DNA of 64,000 bases from an uncultured Chlamydiales bacterium (GCA_963699155.1 OY969414.1:1029327-1093326); one strand, 5' to 3'; positions 35,578 to 45,838 are shown, numbered from the stretch's first letter. Made by a program: numbers and translations. Notes: a model not told the origin generated them from the sequence alone.

Positions 35578-37013
35578 TGAGTGAATTGCAAATCTTGCGA
35601 GATCTCGCAGAGAAAATCATGCGGGAGAGGGGACTAGAACCCGATTTCCCCCCTCAGGCAAAACAACAGCTTGCCCAGATCCATGGTCCTGCCTCCTCTC
35701 CCAAGGAATGTTCGGACCTTCGTCATCTTCTCTGGTGCTCGATCGACAATGATTCCTCGCTCGATTTGGACCAGCTGACCTACGCGGAAGGCTCTTCTCT
35801 TTGGGTGGCCGTCGCTGATGTCGACGCTATAGTTGCCAAGGGCACACCTCTCGATCAGCACGCCCAAAAAAATACGACCTCTGTTTATACGCCTGCTCAA
35901 GTTTTTCCGATGCTGCCCGAACAGCTCTCGACCAATTGGACTTCACTCAATGAAAATCAAGATCGTGTGGCCCTTGTCACTCAGATTGCTCTCGAAGAAA
36001 AGGGAGCCATCACCTCCTCCTCCATTTTTTTAGCGACGGTGCGCAACTATGCAAAATTGACTTATAACGGGGTGGGTAAATGGCTAGAAGGGAGTGGTCC
36101 ACTTCCTGATAAGATTCAAAAAGTTTCCCACTTAGAAGAGAGTTTACTCCTCCAACATCGACTGGCGCAGCTGCTGAAAAAAAGGCGAGAAGAGGCAGGA
36201 GCGCTCCTTTTAGAAACGGCGGAGGCGGAAGCTGAAGTTGTGAACCAGCAGATCGTCATTAAGGGACAAGAGCACAATTTCGCCCATCAGCTCATTGAAG
36301 AGTTCATGATCGCAGCCAATATCGAGATGGCGCATCATCTCCAAAAGGCTTCGCTGTCTAGCTTAAGGCGGGTCGTGCGCACTCCAAAAAAATGGGAACG
36401 CATTGTCGAAATTGCAGCTGAATTGGGAGAGAAGCTCCCTGATGAGCCCGATGCGCAAGCGCTCAACCAGTTTTTGATCAAAAGGCAGAAGGCCGATCCG
36501 CTTCGATTCCCTGAGCTCTCACTCAGCATGATCAAACTGTTGGGGAGGGGAGAATATATCGTCCAAACTCCCGTAGAGAAGCCTATCGGCCACTTCAACC
36601 TAGCTCTGAAAAATTATACCCATTCGACAGCACCCAATCGCCGCTTTCCCGATCTTGTCGCCCATAGGCAGCTCAAAGCCTTTCTTTGCCAAGAAGACCC
36701 ACCCTATTCTACTGACGAACTTCTGCAGTTAGCAAAGCACTGCACTGATCAAGAGGATGCGGCGACAAAGGTGGAAAGACAGTTGAATAAATCGGCAGCT
36801 GCGATCCTCCTGGAGCCCCAAATAGGCGCTGTTTTTCCAGGTATAGTCTCGGGAGTTAGCTCAAAAGGGAGCTGGGTGAGGATCTTTCAGCCTCCCATCG
36901 AAGGTAAAATCGTTCAGGGATTTGAAAAGCTTAAAGAGGGAGACCAACTCTCCGTTAGGCTGCTGAGAGTAGATGTGGAGAGGGGATATATTGATTTTGC
37001 TCGAGTTCAATAA
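35577..37013 (+). CDS. RNB-domain exoribonuclease (RNase II/R family) with C-terminal S1 domain
   Basis: IDNDSSLDLDQ, YTHSTAPNRRFPDLVAHRQL (RNB motif IV-like), and a C-terminal S1-like segment FPGIVSGVSSKGSWVRI. Confidence 0.85.
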   Translation: MSELQILRDLAEKIMRERGLEPDFPPQAKQQLAQIHGPASSPKECSDLRHLLWCSIDNDSSLDLDQLTYAEGSSLWVAVADVDAIVAKGTPLDQHAQKNTTSVYTPAQVFPMLPEQLSTNWTSLNENQDRVALVTQIALEEKGAITSSSIFLATVRNYAKLTYNGVGKWLEGSGPLPDKIQKVSHLEESLLLQHRLAQLLKKRREEAGALLLETAEAEAEVVNQQIVIKGQEHNFAHQLIEEFMIAANIEMAHHLQKASLSSLRRVVRTPKKWERIVEIAAELGEKLPDEPDAQALNQFLIKRQKADPLRFPELSLSMIKLLGRGEYIVQTPVEKPIGHFNLALKNYTHSTAPNRRFPDLVAHRQLKAFLCQEDPPYSTDELLQLAKHCTDQEDAATKVERQLNKSAAAILLEPQIGAVFPGIVSGVSSKGSWVRIFQPPIEGKIVQGFEKLKEGDQLSVRLLRVDVERGYIDFARVQ

Positions 37014-37428
37014 AAAGATGGCCCTCTTGGTAGAGATGGATGGTTTTCCGACCATTCTCGCAAAATAAAACGCCGTAAACATCTGCCTTCCCATCTAAGA
37101 AAGCATTGTATGCTGGGCTGAGAGCGACAGGTTGCTCTTTTTTAAGCCACTCCTCCTTATTCCTGATAGCCTCGTCCACATAGCTTTCCATTTTCTCCAT
37201 CTCATCGTCTCTCTTGGCCAACATCACAATCAGGATGACCATCTCAATAGAGATCGCTCCAGCGCCACAGGGTAAACAAGCTATATGGTTTGGAAAAGTG
37301 CCAAGGAGGCCGGCTACAAGAAGGGTAAGGCTGACCATACCTACTGCGGTCAGCGGCTTGACATGGCTGGAAGTAAGGTGCTGGGGATGATAGATAATCT
37401 CCACCTGCGAAGAAATAGGGGATGACAT
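36955..37428 (-). CDS. membrane protein, paired-hydrophobic-segment (Inc-like) family, paralogue C
   Basis: MSSPISSQVEIIYHPQHLTSSHVKPLTAVGMVSLTLLVAGLLG... has the same layout as 26609..27629. The 3' end overlaps the RNB gene convergently by 59 nt. Confidence 0.5.
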   Translation of the reverse strand: MSSPISSQVEIIYHPQHLTSSHVKPLTAVGMVSLTLLVAGLLGTFPNHIACLPCGAGAISIEMVILIVMLAKRDDEMEKMESYVDEAIRNKEEWLKKEQPVALSPAYNAFLDGKADVYGVLFCENGRKTIHLYQEGHLFIELEQNQYIPSPHLLSAA

Positions 37429-37448
37429 CCTTCTAGTATAACTTATTT

Positions 37449-40076
37449 TTATTTATAAATTATTAATCGATTCATCATTTCTGCGGGGTGAAGGGCTTTG
37501 ACTCCGAGACCATGTTCGATCTGTTGGCGACATGAGAAGCCTGAGGTGACGATGGGGAGGTTTGGGAGGGAGCGAATCTGAGGAAAAAGGCCATTTTCAG
37601 CGATCGCCATCGACATCTCGTAATGGTTCTCTTCGTAACCGAAGGAGCCGGCCAAGCCACAGCAGCCTGATTGGCTGAGGATAAGATTGGGAAATCGATT
37701 TTTCAAAGAAGCGTGAGAGAAAAGGGCCTGTTCATGACAGTGAGGGTGGTAAAAAAAGGAGTCTTCATAGCTCTGAGGAGGCAGGATTTCTTCAATCGGA
37801 AAGGCTTTAATTGAGCTACCTATCAGAGAGGAGTAATCATCTTGGAGAGCACTTAGACAGCTGGGTTCCAGAACAACGAGGGGACCTTCCACCTGTTTCA
37901 GACGCTCGGCCAGCTGCTCCGCCTGCTTCTTGGCCTCTTTCAACATTCCAGCAGAGAGAAAAGGCCTTCCACAGCAGAAGGGAGGGATAACGGTAACCTG
38001 GAAGCCAGATTTTTCTAAGAGCTCAACTGCAGCGATACCGATTTCGGGGTGGTAATATTCGGTGTAGGTATCGACGAATAGGGAGACTTTCTCTTTCCCT
38101 TTTTTGGCAGTATGGCCTTTCCACCAAGTGGTGAACCGTTTTTTAGAAAGAGAGGGCATGGCTCTTTCCGTTGTGATTCCTATCGCTTTGAGGAATGGTT
38201 GAGCCAACTTTAAAAGGGGAGGAAACTTCGATCCCCATGCCGATAAGCGGTGCAGATTGCCAAAGAGACGATTTTTAAGAAAATAGCCCTCCTTTTCTTG
38301 GTATTGGTAGAGCTGTTCGATCTTCATTTTCGCCATATCGACTTGGGAGGGGCACTCCTTCTTACATCCTTTGCAAGCAAGACAATAGTCGAGGACATCG
38401 AGAAGACCCTTTCCTGTCCATTCTGAAAGAGGGATTTGCTTATTGAGGATGGAGCGGAGCGATTGGGCGCGTGCCCGTGTCGAATGCTTTTCATCTTTGA
38501 AGGCTTGGAAGGAGGGGCACATCAGTCCGCTCTGTTTTCGGCACGCCCCATTTCCATTGCAGAGGTCGGCGGCGAGGTGAAAACCACCTTCTGGCTTGAA
38601 ATTGAGAAAGGTCGGAAAATCGGTGGGATGGCTGATCTGCAAATCCTGAGTGGGTATTCTGCCTTTGACAATTTTACCTGGATTCATCAGGTTGATCGGG
38701 TCAAAAGCCTCTTTGACTTTCACCATAGCGGCATAGGTTTCGGAGCTGAAAAAATGGGGATTCAACCATGAGCGAATTAACCCATCACCGTGCTCGCCCG
38801 TCAAGGTGCCCCCAAGAGTACGCACGAGATCGGCCACTTGAGGCATGATCGTAAAGATCGATTGCATCTCTTGAGGATTGCTCACAGTGACGTAGGGGCG
38901 AATGTGGAGGCAGCCATCACCTGCATGCCCGTAAATATTCATCTTCCAAGGGACAATTTTTTTAAGCTGCCTAACCATAGAAGCGAGCTGATTAGGTGGG
39001 ACTGCGAGATCTTCGATAAAGGCGATTGCACGGGTATAGCTGCGGCGTGAAAGGAGGAGGCCGAGACCTGACTTGCGTAAAGCCCAGACCTCTTCCTGAG
39101 TCGATTTTGCAAGAAGCTCGCGTTGATGGGGAAAGAGTTTGGGAGGCTTTTCAGATTCATATTCGGCAATCAGCAGAGGTGTAGGTTCGAAATCGAGCCA
39201 AGAAAGATGCCCTTTCAAAGCTGGTGAGAGGCGGCCCATGGTGATGATTTCAGTATCGATCATCTCTAAAGAGATGGGCCGGCTCTCTAAAATGTGAGGG
39301 ACAGCTTCGAGACAGGCTTCTTGGGTGGGGAAGGGGAGAAGAATCAGAGAACGCTCTCGGAGCTGTGGTGAGAGCTTCAATTTGATGGCGGTAAAGAGCC
39401 CTAGAGTGCCCTCTGAGCCTACCATCAGCTTTGCGAGATTGCGCGGTTTCTCCAGCAAGGTATAGAGTGGATAGCCTGAGCTACTGCGGTGGAATCGTGG
39501 TGGATCTCGAATCTCAGGAAGTTGGGGCCAGTCGCTGGTTTCGTCCAGCCAAACAGCCTTCCCATTGGAGAGAATAAGCTCGAGACCCAGCACATGATCG
39601 ATCATGCTGCCATATTTCAAATAGTGCGATCCTGCCGCATTGGTGGCGCACATGCCACCGATCGTGGCACGGTTCCCGGTCGAAGTGTCGGGTCCTAAGC
39701 GCAACTCATTGGCAGCGACCATCTGATTCAACTGATCCTGGATGACACCTGGTTCGCAGATCGCATAGCCTTCTTTGGGATTGTACTCCAGGATGCGGTT
39801 GAGATACTTGCTAGTGTCGACGATGATGCCTTCTCCAAGGCATCCTCCGGCGATGCCGGTAGCTCCGCCACGAGGAATAATGGGCAGATGGCACTCTTGG
39901 GCGGTGCGGACTATTTCGAGAAGATCCTCTTTGGTGCGAGGAAGGGCGATGCAGTCGGGAGTCACTTGGAGGATGGAGGCATCGACACTGTAATAGTGGC
40001 GCGCCATGAGATCATCGCGCACCTCACCCTCCATGCGCTTTCTAAGCAGGGCTGCTGCCGTTTCTTTGGAACTCAT
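37449..40076 (-). CDS. FAD-linked oxidase fused to an Fe-S/CCG-domain module (GlcD-GlcF-like, YdiJ-type)
   Basis: N-terminal FAD-binding PCMH-type region (PRGGATGIAGG). Central CxxCxxCxxxCP ferredoxin-like motifs (CLACKGCKKECP). C-terminal Cys-rich CCG-like repeats. An alternative start at 40034 avoids the astB overlap. Confidence 0.85.
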   Translation of the reverse strand: MSSKETAAALLRKRMEGEVRDDLMARHYYSVDASILQVTPDCIALPRTKEDLLEIVRTAQECHLPIIPRGGATGIAGGCLGEGIIVDTSKYLNRILEYNPKEGYAICEPGVIQDQLNQMVAANELRLGPDTSTGNRATIGGMCATNAAGSHYLKYGSMIDHVLGLELILSNGKAVWLDETSDWPQLPEIRDPPRFHRSSSGYPLYTLLEKPRNLAKLMVGSEGTLGLFTAIKLKLSPQLRERSLILLPFPTQEACLEAVPHILESRPISLEMIDTEIITMGRLSPALKGHLSWLDFEPTPLLIAEYESEKPPKLFPHQRELLAKSTQEEVWALRKSGLGLLLSRRSYTRAIAFIEDLAVPPNQLASMVRQLKKIVPWKMNIYGHAGDGCLHIRPYVTVSNPQEMQSIFTIMPQVADLVRTLGGTLTGEHGDGLIRSWLNPHFFSSETYAAMVKVKEAFDPINLMNPGKIVKGRIPTQDLQISHPTDFPTFLNFKPEGGFHLAADLCNGNGACRKQSGLMCPSFQAFKDEKHSTRARAQSLRSILNKQIPLSEWTGKGLLDVLDYCLACKGCKKECPSQVDMAKMKIEQLYQYQEKEGYFLKNRLFGNLHRLSAWGSKFPPLLKLAQPFLKAIGITTERAMPSLSKKRFTTWWKGHTAKKGKEKVSLFVDTYTEYYHPEIGIAAVELLEKSGFQVTVIPPFCCGRPFLSAGMLKEAKKQAEQLAERLKQVEGPLVVLEPSCLSALQDDYSSLIGSSIKAFPIEEILPPQSYEDSFFYHPHCHEQALFSHASLKNRFPNLILSQSGCCGLAGSFGYEENHYEMSMAIAENGLFPQIRSLPNLPIVTSGFSCRQQIEHGLGVKALHPAEMMNRLIIYK

Positions 40077-41346
40077 AGAAGGATCCTAGCTGGAGAATTT
40101 GGGTGAGAGCGTCAAGGCTTTGTTTGACTTCATCAAAAAAGAGAGGATCGAGCAGATCCGCAGCGGTGAGGCTTTCGCGATAATAGCGTTCGATCCACCC
40201 TACAAGGCTCTGGTAGAGCGTTTCATCCAAACGAATAGAGGGATGAACCCGACTCTTCTCTTCACTATTGAGAACAATGCGGAGTCGCAAACAGGCGGGG
40301 CCGCCTCCATTGCGCATGCTTTCGCGCACATCAACGAAGTAGACTGGTAAAGGAAGCCATTCCAAAAAGAGGCTCTCACATTCCCTGGGAGCGATCAGCA
40401 CATCCTCTCCATTCGGCAAAGTGACAATTTGGGAGTTAAAAAGGTAGCTGTTGACAGCTTTTTCGACAGGAATCATCTCTTCTGTCACGCAGATCGTTTG
40501 CAGAGGAGATTTTTCATTGATCTCCACCAAGACCTTTTCTGTCTCGACAAAAGCCTTCTCATGATAGAAAAAGTGATTGCGATTGCCCACAGAGATGACA
40601 TCGTTATGAAAGACCCCCTTTTCGATGATCTCAGGGTTCTGCATTGCAAAGATCACTCTTTGAGGTGGGAGTCGATTCTGCCTGGCAATGGCTTCTGAGG
40701 CTTCCCGAGCTTGGCGAAAAGGAAAGTGGTGTTGGGTGGGATCAAATGCGCTTCGTCCATAGACGAATAGATGTGTTCCACCCATTCCATAATCGCTACA
40801 AAAACGGGTGTGATTAGCAGCCCCCTCATCGCCAAAGTTGCCTCCATGAGGCAATGGAGGGTGGACCACAAAAAGGCTCTCATCGGGAAAAAGTATCCTA
40901 AAAAGCCGATAACTCTCTTCCGCCTCCACCGTACGGTGGAACTGACTCTGCAAATTAGCGATCGAGAGGTGCACTTTGCCATCCTCGCTATCACAAGAGG
41001 GTGAAACAGTCGCGCAATTCGCTGCCCACATCGAAGCAGCTGAAGAGAGCTGCTGTACTAACAGAGGAGAAGTAGTCGCTGCTTTTTCAAAAACAGCTCT
41101 GTCATTACCTTCAAAACCCAATCGTCGCAAGATTCCAATAGCAGGTCTCATCCTAGGCGGCAGAACAGCCTGCGGAACCCCCAAATCTGCCAAGAATTTC
41201 ATCTTCCTCAGCCCCTGAAGAGCAGCCGCTCTGGGATGGGAAACCTCCAGCCGATGTTCCATCGACGCCAAATTCCCATAGGCATAGCCTCCATAGTGGT
41301 GCGTCGGCCCAACCATTCCATCAAAATTGATCTCTTCCCATTCCAT
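40042..41346 (-). CDS. astB: N-succinylarginine dihydrolase
   Basis: EINFDGMVGPTHHYGGYAYGNLAS, GDEGAANH, FHNDVI, NGGGPACLRLR: near-collinear with E. coli AstB as remembered. Confidence 0.9.
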   Translation of the reverse strand: MEWEEINFDGMVGPTHHYGGYAYGNLASMEHRLEVSHPRAAALQGLRKMKFLADLGVPQAVLPPRMRPAIGILRRLGFEGNDRAVFEKAATTSPLLVQQLSSAASMWAANCATVSPSCDSEDGKVHLSIANLQSQFHRTVEAEESYRLFRILFPDESLFVVHPPLPHGGNFGDEGAANHTRFCSDYGMGGTHLFVYGRSAFDPTQHHFPFRQAREASEAIARQNRLPPQRVIFAMQNPEIIEKGVFHNDVISVGNRNHFFYHEKAFVETEKVLVEINEKSPLQTICVTEEMIPVEKAVNSYLFNSQIVTLPNGEDVLIAPRECESLFLEWLPLPVYFVDVRESMRNGGGPACLRLRIVLNSEEKSRVHPSIRLDETLYQSLVGWIERYYRESLTAADLLDPLFFDEVKQSLDALTQILQLGSFYEFQRNGSSPA

Positions 41347-41391
41347 CTATGTTCTAGCCAAAAAGATAATTAGAGGGGGTTTGTTTTTCAT

Positions 41392-42852
41392 CTACGTCCT
41401 AGCCAAAAAAGTGATTCCGGGGGTCTGTTCTTTCGGGAGGTGGATCCCCTCGCTCACTAGAGAGGCGACAGGATAGGAGCAGTAGTCGGCAGCGTAGTAG
41501 CCGCTGGGTCTGTGGTTACCGCTGATGCCGACGCCGCCGAAGGGAGCCTTGCCGCTGGCCCCTGTTGTGGGGGCATTCCAGTTGATGACGCCGGCGCGCA
41601 CCTGTTGGTAAAACTGGTGGAACTTTTCTTTGCTGCGGCTGAGCAGGGCGGCGACAAGGCCGTAAGCGGTGTTATTCGCTTCGCGGATGGCCTCTTCGAA
41701 GGTGGGGACGCGGATGACTTGGAGAAAGGGGCCGAAGAGCTCCTCGTCGCGGCGGTGGGTGACTGCGGTGACATCCATGATGCCGGGTGTGAGAAGGGGC
41801 CGATTTTCGAGAAGCTGGCGCATCTCGAGAAGACAGCGTCCCCCGCTTGTGCCTAGCATGGCCTGCGCATTCAAGAGCTTTTCTGCGCTGGGAAGTGAAA
41901 TCACTGGACCCATAAAGGGCTCAGGTTGCTGCATATAATGTCCTACTTGGATTGAAGCTGCCATGTGAGTGAGAACTTTGAGTAGTTCATCCCCTTCGCG
42001 CCCCTCTAAGAGAATTAATCGGCGGGCGCAGGTGCAGCGCTGTCCGGCTGTCAAAAATGCGGAATGGATCGTCAGATAGGCGGCAGCTTCAAGATCAGAG
42101 ATGTCGCTGATGACCAGAGGATTATTACCGCCCATTTCGAGGGCAATGATCTTTTCGGGATGCCCTTTAAAGGCATCCATCAAAATAAGCCCTGTGGGAT
42201 AGCTACCTGTGAAAAAAAGGCCATCAATTTGGGGATGATGTGCGAGATGGTGGCCCGTTTTAGCTCCACCCTGGATAAGGTTCATGACCCCTTTGGGAAG
42301 CGTTTCCCAATAAGAGACCATCTTTTCGCTCACTTTGGGAGTCAGCTCACTACCTTTGAAGACGACTGTATTTCCTGCGAGAAGAGAGGGAACGATATGA
42401 CCATTCGGTAGATGGCCCGGAAAGTTGAAGGGGCCAAAGACAGCAACAATGCCATGCGGCTTATGGCGGAGCTGCAACGAGGAGACTCCCATTGGAAGCT
42501 CCTTAAAGGGGCAACGCTCTCGGTAGGCCTCGATCGAAGTGGTCACCTTGTTGACCATATTAGCGACCTCTTGCTTCGATTCCCAGAGAGGTTTTCCTGT
42601 TTCTTGCGAAATGGTCTCGGCTAGATCGTCCTTCTTTAACTTCTCCACAAAATGAAGCAGATGGCCTATCCTCTCTTCATGCGTCAAGCTAGACCAAGCC
42701 GGAAAGGCCGCTCTTGCAGCTGTGACAGCCTCATTGACCTCGTTAGATGTGGCCTCATTTCCTTGCCATATCGGGGCGCCCGTCACGGGATCTTCGGAAA
42801 CGAAGCGCTCTCCGACTCCCTCGCGCCATTCTCCTGCAATGTAATGTGGCAT
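41392..42852 (-). CDS. astD: succinylglutamate-semialdehyde dehydrogenase
   Basis: Aldehyde dehydrogenase fold with ELGGNNP-like EMGGNNP and catalytic GQRCTCARR. Sits next to astB. Confidence 0.85.
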   Translation of the reverse strand: MPHYIAGEWREGVGERFVSEDPVTGAPIWQGNEATSNEVNEAVTAARAAFPAWSSLTHEERIGHLLHFVEKLKKDDLAETISQETGKPLWESKQEVANMVNKVTTSIEAYRERCPFKELPMGVSSLQLRHKPHGIVAVFGPFNFPGHLPNGHIVPSLLAGNTVVFKGSELTPKVSEKMVSYWETLPKGVMNLIQGGAKTGHHLAHHPQIDGLFFTGSYPTGLILMDAFKGHPEKIIALEMGGNNPLVISDISDLEAAAYLTIHSAFLTAGQRCTCARRLILLEGREGDELLKVLTHMAASIQVGHYMQQPEPFMGPVISLPSAEKLLNAQAMLGTSGGRCLLEMRQLLENRPLLTPGIMDVTAVTHRRDEELFGPFLQVIRVPTFEEAIREANNTAYGLVAALLSRSKEKFHQFYQQVRAGVINWNAPTTGASGKAPFGGVGISGNHRPSGYYAADYCSYPVASLVSEGIHLPKEQTPGITFLART

Positions 42853-42918
42853 GCTATGTCACCTTTTTCCCTTTATTTAACTTGTTAATCATTTTTTTTC
42901 TTCATATAAGCGCGAAAT

Positions 42919-44304
42919 ATGGACAACAAATTTGATGCGATCGTCATCGGGACGGGTCAATCAGGACCGAATCTTGCTAAAAAATGTGGTGAAAAGGGAT
43001 GGCGGGTGGCGATTATCGAAGAGGGCCACTTTGGCGGTAGTTGTATCAACACAGGGTGTACCCCCACTAAAACGCTCGTAGCTCACGCAAAAATTGCCGA
43101 GTCGATCCGTAGGGCCGGCGAGTTTGGCATCGAGGTTGGCGCGCCGCATGTCGATTATGCAAAGGTCAAGAAGCGAGTCGATGGGATCGTCCAGTCTAGG
43201 AGCCACTGGGTCAAACAATCTCTACAAGAGACCCCCAATTGCACACTCTTCGAGGGGCATGCCGCTTTTGTCGATCCCTACCATGTCCAAGTCAATGGCA
43301 TTCTTCTAGAAGGGAAAAAGTTTTTCCTCGATGTGGGAGCCAAACCGCATGTTCCTCCCATTCCCGGCCTCGATAAGATCCCTTATCTGACAAACATCTC
43401 ACTTTTAGCGCTTGAGACACTCCCACAACATCTTCTCATTTTGGGAGGCGGCTATATCGCTCTCGAGTTTGGCCAGATCTACCGCCGCCTCGGCAGCCAG
43501 GTCACCATTCTTCAGCATGGCCCCCGCATTATGTCAAAAGAGGATCCCGACATTTCTGAGGCGATCCACAAGTTCCTCGAGAAAGAAGGGATCAAAATCG
43601 TCACAAATGCGAAAGATTTAGAGATTCTACCCTCTAGCCGCGAAGGGCAGATCAATGCACGCACAACAGTGGGTAACATTACTGGCTCGCATCTGCTCAT
43701 TGCCACAGGTCGTATTCCCAATACAGACCGTTTGGGAGCAGAAAAAGCTAACATTTCACTCGATAAAAAAGGCTTCATCATCGTCGACGATTCCTTACGC
43801 ACCTCACAGCCCCACATCTGGGCGCTCGGTGATTGCAACGGACGCGGTGCCTTCACACACACCTCTTACAACGATTTTGAAATAATCGCCGCAAACCTCT
43901 TTGAAAATGGCTCTCGAAAAGTGAGCGACCGAATCCCCATCTATGCCCTCTTCACCGACCCTCCACTCGGCCGTGTCGGCCTAAACGAGAGCCAAGCCTC
44001 CCACCTCGACTACCATGTCGCCATCCTCCCCATGTCCTCCATCGCCCGTGCCCGCGAGAAAGGCGAAACAGAGGGCTTCCTCAAAATCCTCGTCGATCCC
44101 CGCACTGACCAAATCCTCGGCGCCTCCTTCCTCGGCACCTCCTGCGACGAGGTGGTCCAGCTCATCGCCGCCCTCATGTCTGCCAAAGTCCCCTACACCC
44201 TCCTCCAGCACACCGTCTTCATCCACCCCACCATCACCGAATTCCTCCCCATCCTCCTCACCACCCTCACCGAAAAAAAGGAACCGCTGCCAACCGTTCG
44301 CTAA
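42919..44304 (+). CDS. pyridine nucleotide-disulfide oxidoreductase (RclA/mercuric-reductase-like, dihydrolipoyl dehydrogenase family)
   Basis: DAIVIGTGQSGP FAD motif, redox-active GGSCINTGCTPTK, second Rossmann ILGGGYIALE, C-terminal dimerisation HPT motif. Confidence 0.85.
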   Translation: MDNKFDAIVIGTGQSGPNLAKKCGEKGWRVAIIEEGHFGGSCINTGCTPTKTLVAHAKIAESIRRAGEFGIEVGAPHVDYAKVKKRVDGIVQSRSHWVKQSLQETPNCTLFEGHAAFVDPYHVQVNGILLEGKKFFLDVGAKPHVPPIPGLDKIPYLTNISLLALETLPQHLLILGGGYIALEFGQIYRRLGSQVTILQHGPRIMSKEDPDISEAIHKFLEKEGIKIVTNAKDLEILPSSREGQINARTTVGNITGSHLLIATGRIPNTDRLGAEKANISLDKKGFIIVDDSLRTSQPHIWALGDCNGRGAFTHTSYNDFEIIAANLFENGSRKVSDRIPIYALFTDPPLGRVGLNESQASHLDYHVAILPMSSIARAREKGETEGFLKILVDPRTDQILGASFLGTSCDEVVQLIAALMSAKVPYTLLQHTVFIHPTITEFLPILLTTLTEKKEPLPTVR

Positions 44305-44382
44305 CTAACCTGAGTTAACTAAATGCCTTTGGAAGGGGGTGAGTAATCAAAAAGTGGAGGTAAGGCGCCAACAGTGCCGAGC

Positions 44383-44456
44383 CCTACCCTCCCTCTGTGA
44401 GCTCTGTGGTATTTTTTAACACCACAGAGATCACAGAGCACGCAGAGGGGGTAGGT
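44383..44456. repeat. REP-like palindromic element (copy 2)
   Basis: CCTACCCTCCCTCTGTGAGCTCTGTGGT, loop, ACCACAGAGATCACAGAGCACGCAGAGGGGGTAGG. The core is nearly identical to the reverse complement of 4166-4225. Confidence 0.8.
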
Positions 44457-44568
44457 CGTTAAGATAGGTACCCCCGCTCTTTAACTACTTACGGTCAGGG
44501 CTCTATCTTAATAAGACTTTAATAATAAAATATTAAAATAAACTGTGCTTTAATAATGGAGGAAAATT

Positions 44569-44838
44569 GTGGCTCTTTCTGTTTGTACATGTATAGAAGG
44601 GAAGGATACCTGGCCTAGCTATGGTCCCTGTAATAAGAAGGTTCTAGGGGCGCTTGCTGCGGATGCACTCATTGTCATCGCTCTTATCGTTATCGGGAGC
44701 CTTGCTTGCAGTGGCATACAAAACCTCAGCATGCTCGGAAAAACTGGAGGATTCCTCATGATCGCGGGAGGGGTAACTCTCGTTTGCATCGATGTGGCGG
44801 TTCAATATGCTTTTACTAAGGGTGGTTGTTTTAGGTGA
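44569..44838 (+). CDS. small membrane protein (89 aa, GTG start) with two adjacent hydrophobic segments
   Basis: GGAGGA Shine-Dalgarno 7 nt upstream of the GTG. Hydrophobic stretches ALAADALIVIALIVIGSLA and GGFLMIAGGVTLVCIDVAV. Confidence 0.45.
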   Translation: MALSVCTCIEGKDTWPSYGPCNKKVLGALAADALIVIALIVIGSLACSGIQNLSMLGKTGGFLMIAGGVTLVCIDVAVQYAFTKGGCFR

Positions 44839-45838
44839 ATGAGTAGTAGCGCAAGGTGTCGCCGGTAGAGAGACGGAGGGTGTGGGCCACTTCGGGTGAG
44901 AGGATGGCGCCGTTGGGGGTGATTTGGAGGGTAGCGAAGGTGGCGCGGAAGTCGAGGCGGTTGTTGGTGAGGATGGCGAGCTGGCCGTTGGGAGTGGGTT
45001 GGAGTGCGGCGATGGGGATAGTTGCGCTGGAAGCGATGGCATCGATTTCGGCTGTGGGAGCGTAGAGGTGGGGACCGCTATCGAAGAGATCGACGTAGCG
45101 GGTTTGGCGGAAGCCCTGCTTGAGAAGGATCTTTTGGGCGCCGAGGGTGTCTGGGTGGGGATGGCCGATGACTTCTTGGGCGTTAGGGGGAAGAAGTTCG
45201 ATGTAGAGGGGATGTTTGGGGAAGAGTTCTCTGATTGTCTGGTAGTGCCGGGAACGGAGAAGGTCAGCTTCTGGAAAGTCGATGCCGAAGAAGGGGCGGC
45301 CGACCCTATCCCAAAAGGGTGAGATACCATTGTAATTGATGCCGCGCAGCTCTGCGATGATCGTGGAGGCAAACCTTTCCCTAAAACTGGCGATAAAGAG
45401 GAAACGGGTGAGGGAGAGGAATTTGCCAAGATGCTTCTTGCGTAGACCGGGTGCGAGGAAGAGAGTTCCAATTTCGGTCGGTTTTTTGTGAGCCTGGACA
45501 AGGTGCAGCACGGGCGTTTTGCGATCGATGTTTAGAGTGGGAGAATGTAAGGGTTCTTCGATGATGTGATAGATGTAAAAGGGCTCATCGAGACCGATCC
45601 GTGAAATAATTGCCGAGGTTCCGACCACCTCTCCCTCCCATTCCAAACAGAAGAGGTAGGTCTGATTGGTTACGCGATCGATCTTTTCCTGAAAGGAGGA
45701 GAGCGACCGCTCGATCTTCTGCTGGAGCCTTCTTGCATCACGTGGTAGCGAGGTGATGCCATAGGCAGCCTGGTCAGCAAAACGGATCAGCGCGGGAAGG
45801 TCATCCAACGTAGCGGGTCTGAGGAGGGGTAGGCTCAC
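44831..45838 (-). CDS. astA: arginine N-succinyltransferase
   Basis: LLRPATLDDLPALIRFA...GITSLP, LFLAPGLRKKHLGKFLSLTRFLFIA, ISPFWDRVGRPFF, and LFDSGP are collinear with E. coli AstA as remembered. Confidence 0.85.
   Translation of the reverse strand: MSLPLLRPATLDDLPALIRFADQAAYGITSLPRDARRLQQKIERSLSSFQEKIDRVTNQTYLFCLEWEGEVVGTSAIISRIGLDEPFYIYHIIEEPLHSPTLNIDRKTPVLHLVQAHKKPTEIGTLFLAPGLRKKHLGKFLSLTRFLFIASFRERFASTIIAELRGINYNGISPFWDRVGRPFFGIDFPEADLLRSRHYQTIRELFPKHPLYIELLPPNAQEVIGHPHPDTLGAQKILLKQGFRQTRYVDLFDSGPHLYAPTAEIDAIASSATIPIAALQPTPNGQLAILTNNRLDFRATFATLQITPNGAILSPEVAHTLRLSTGDTLRYYSFT

Noticed and set aside
44305-44320. An 11-nt match (TAACCTGAGTT) to the MITE terminus, just after the oxidoreductase stop.
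   Set aside because: Too short to distinguish from chance, and no second terminus lies nearby.
44644-45501. 285-aa P/S/T-rich ORF, together with the other long ORFs at 44856-45322 and 44015-44308.
   Set aside because: It lies entirely within astA, or within the oxidoreductase 3' end, in another frame. It has low-complexity composition and is explained by the extreme C3 bias, which removes stop codons. The overlapping genes have strong family signatures.
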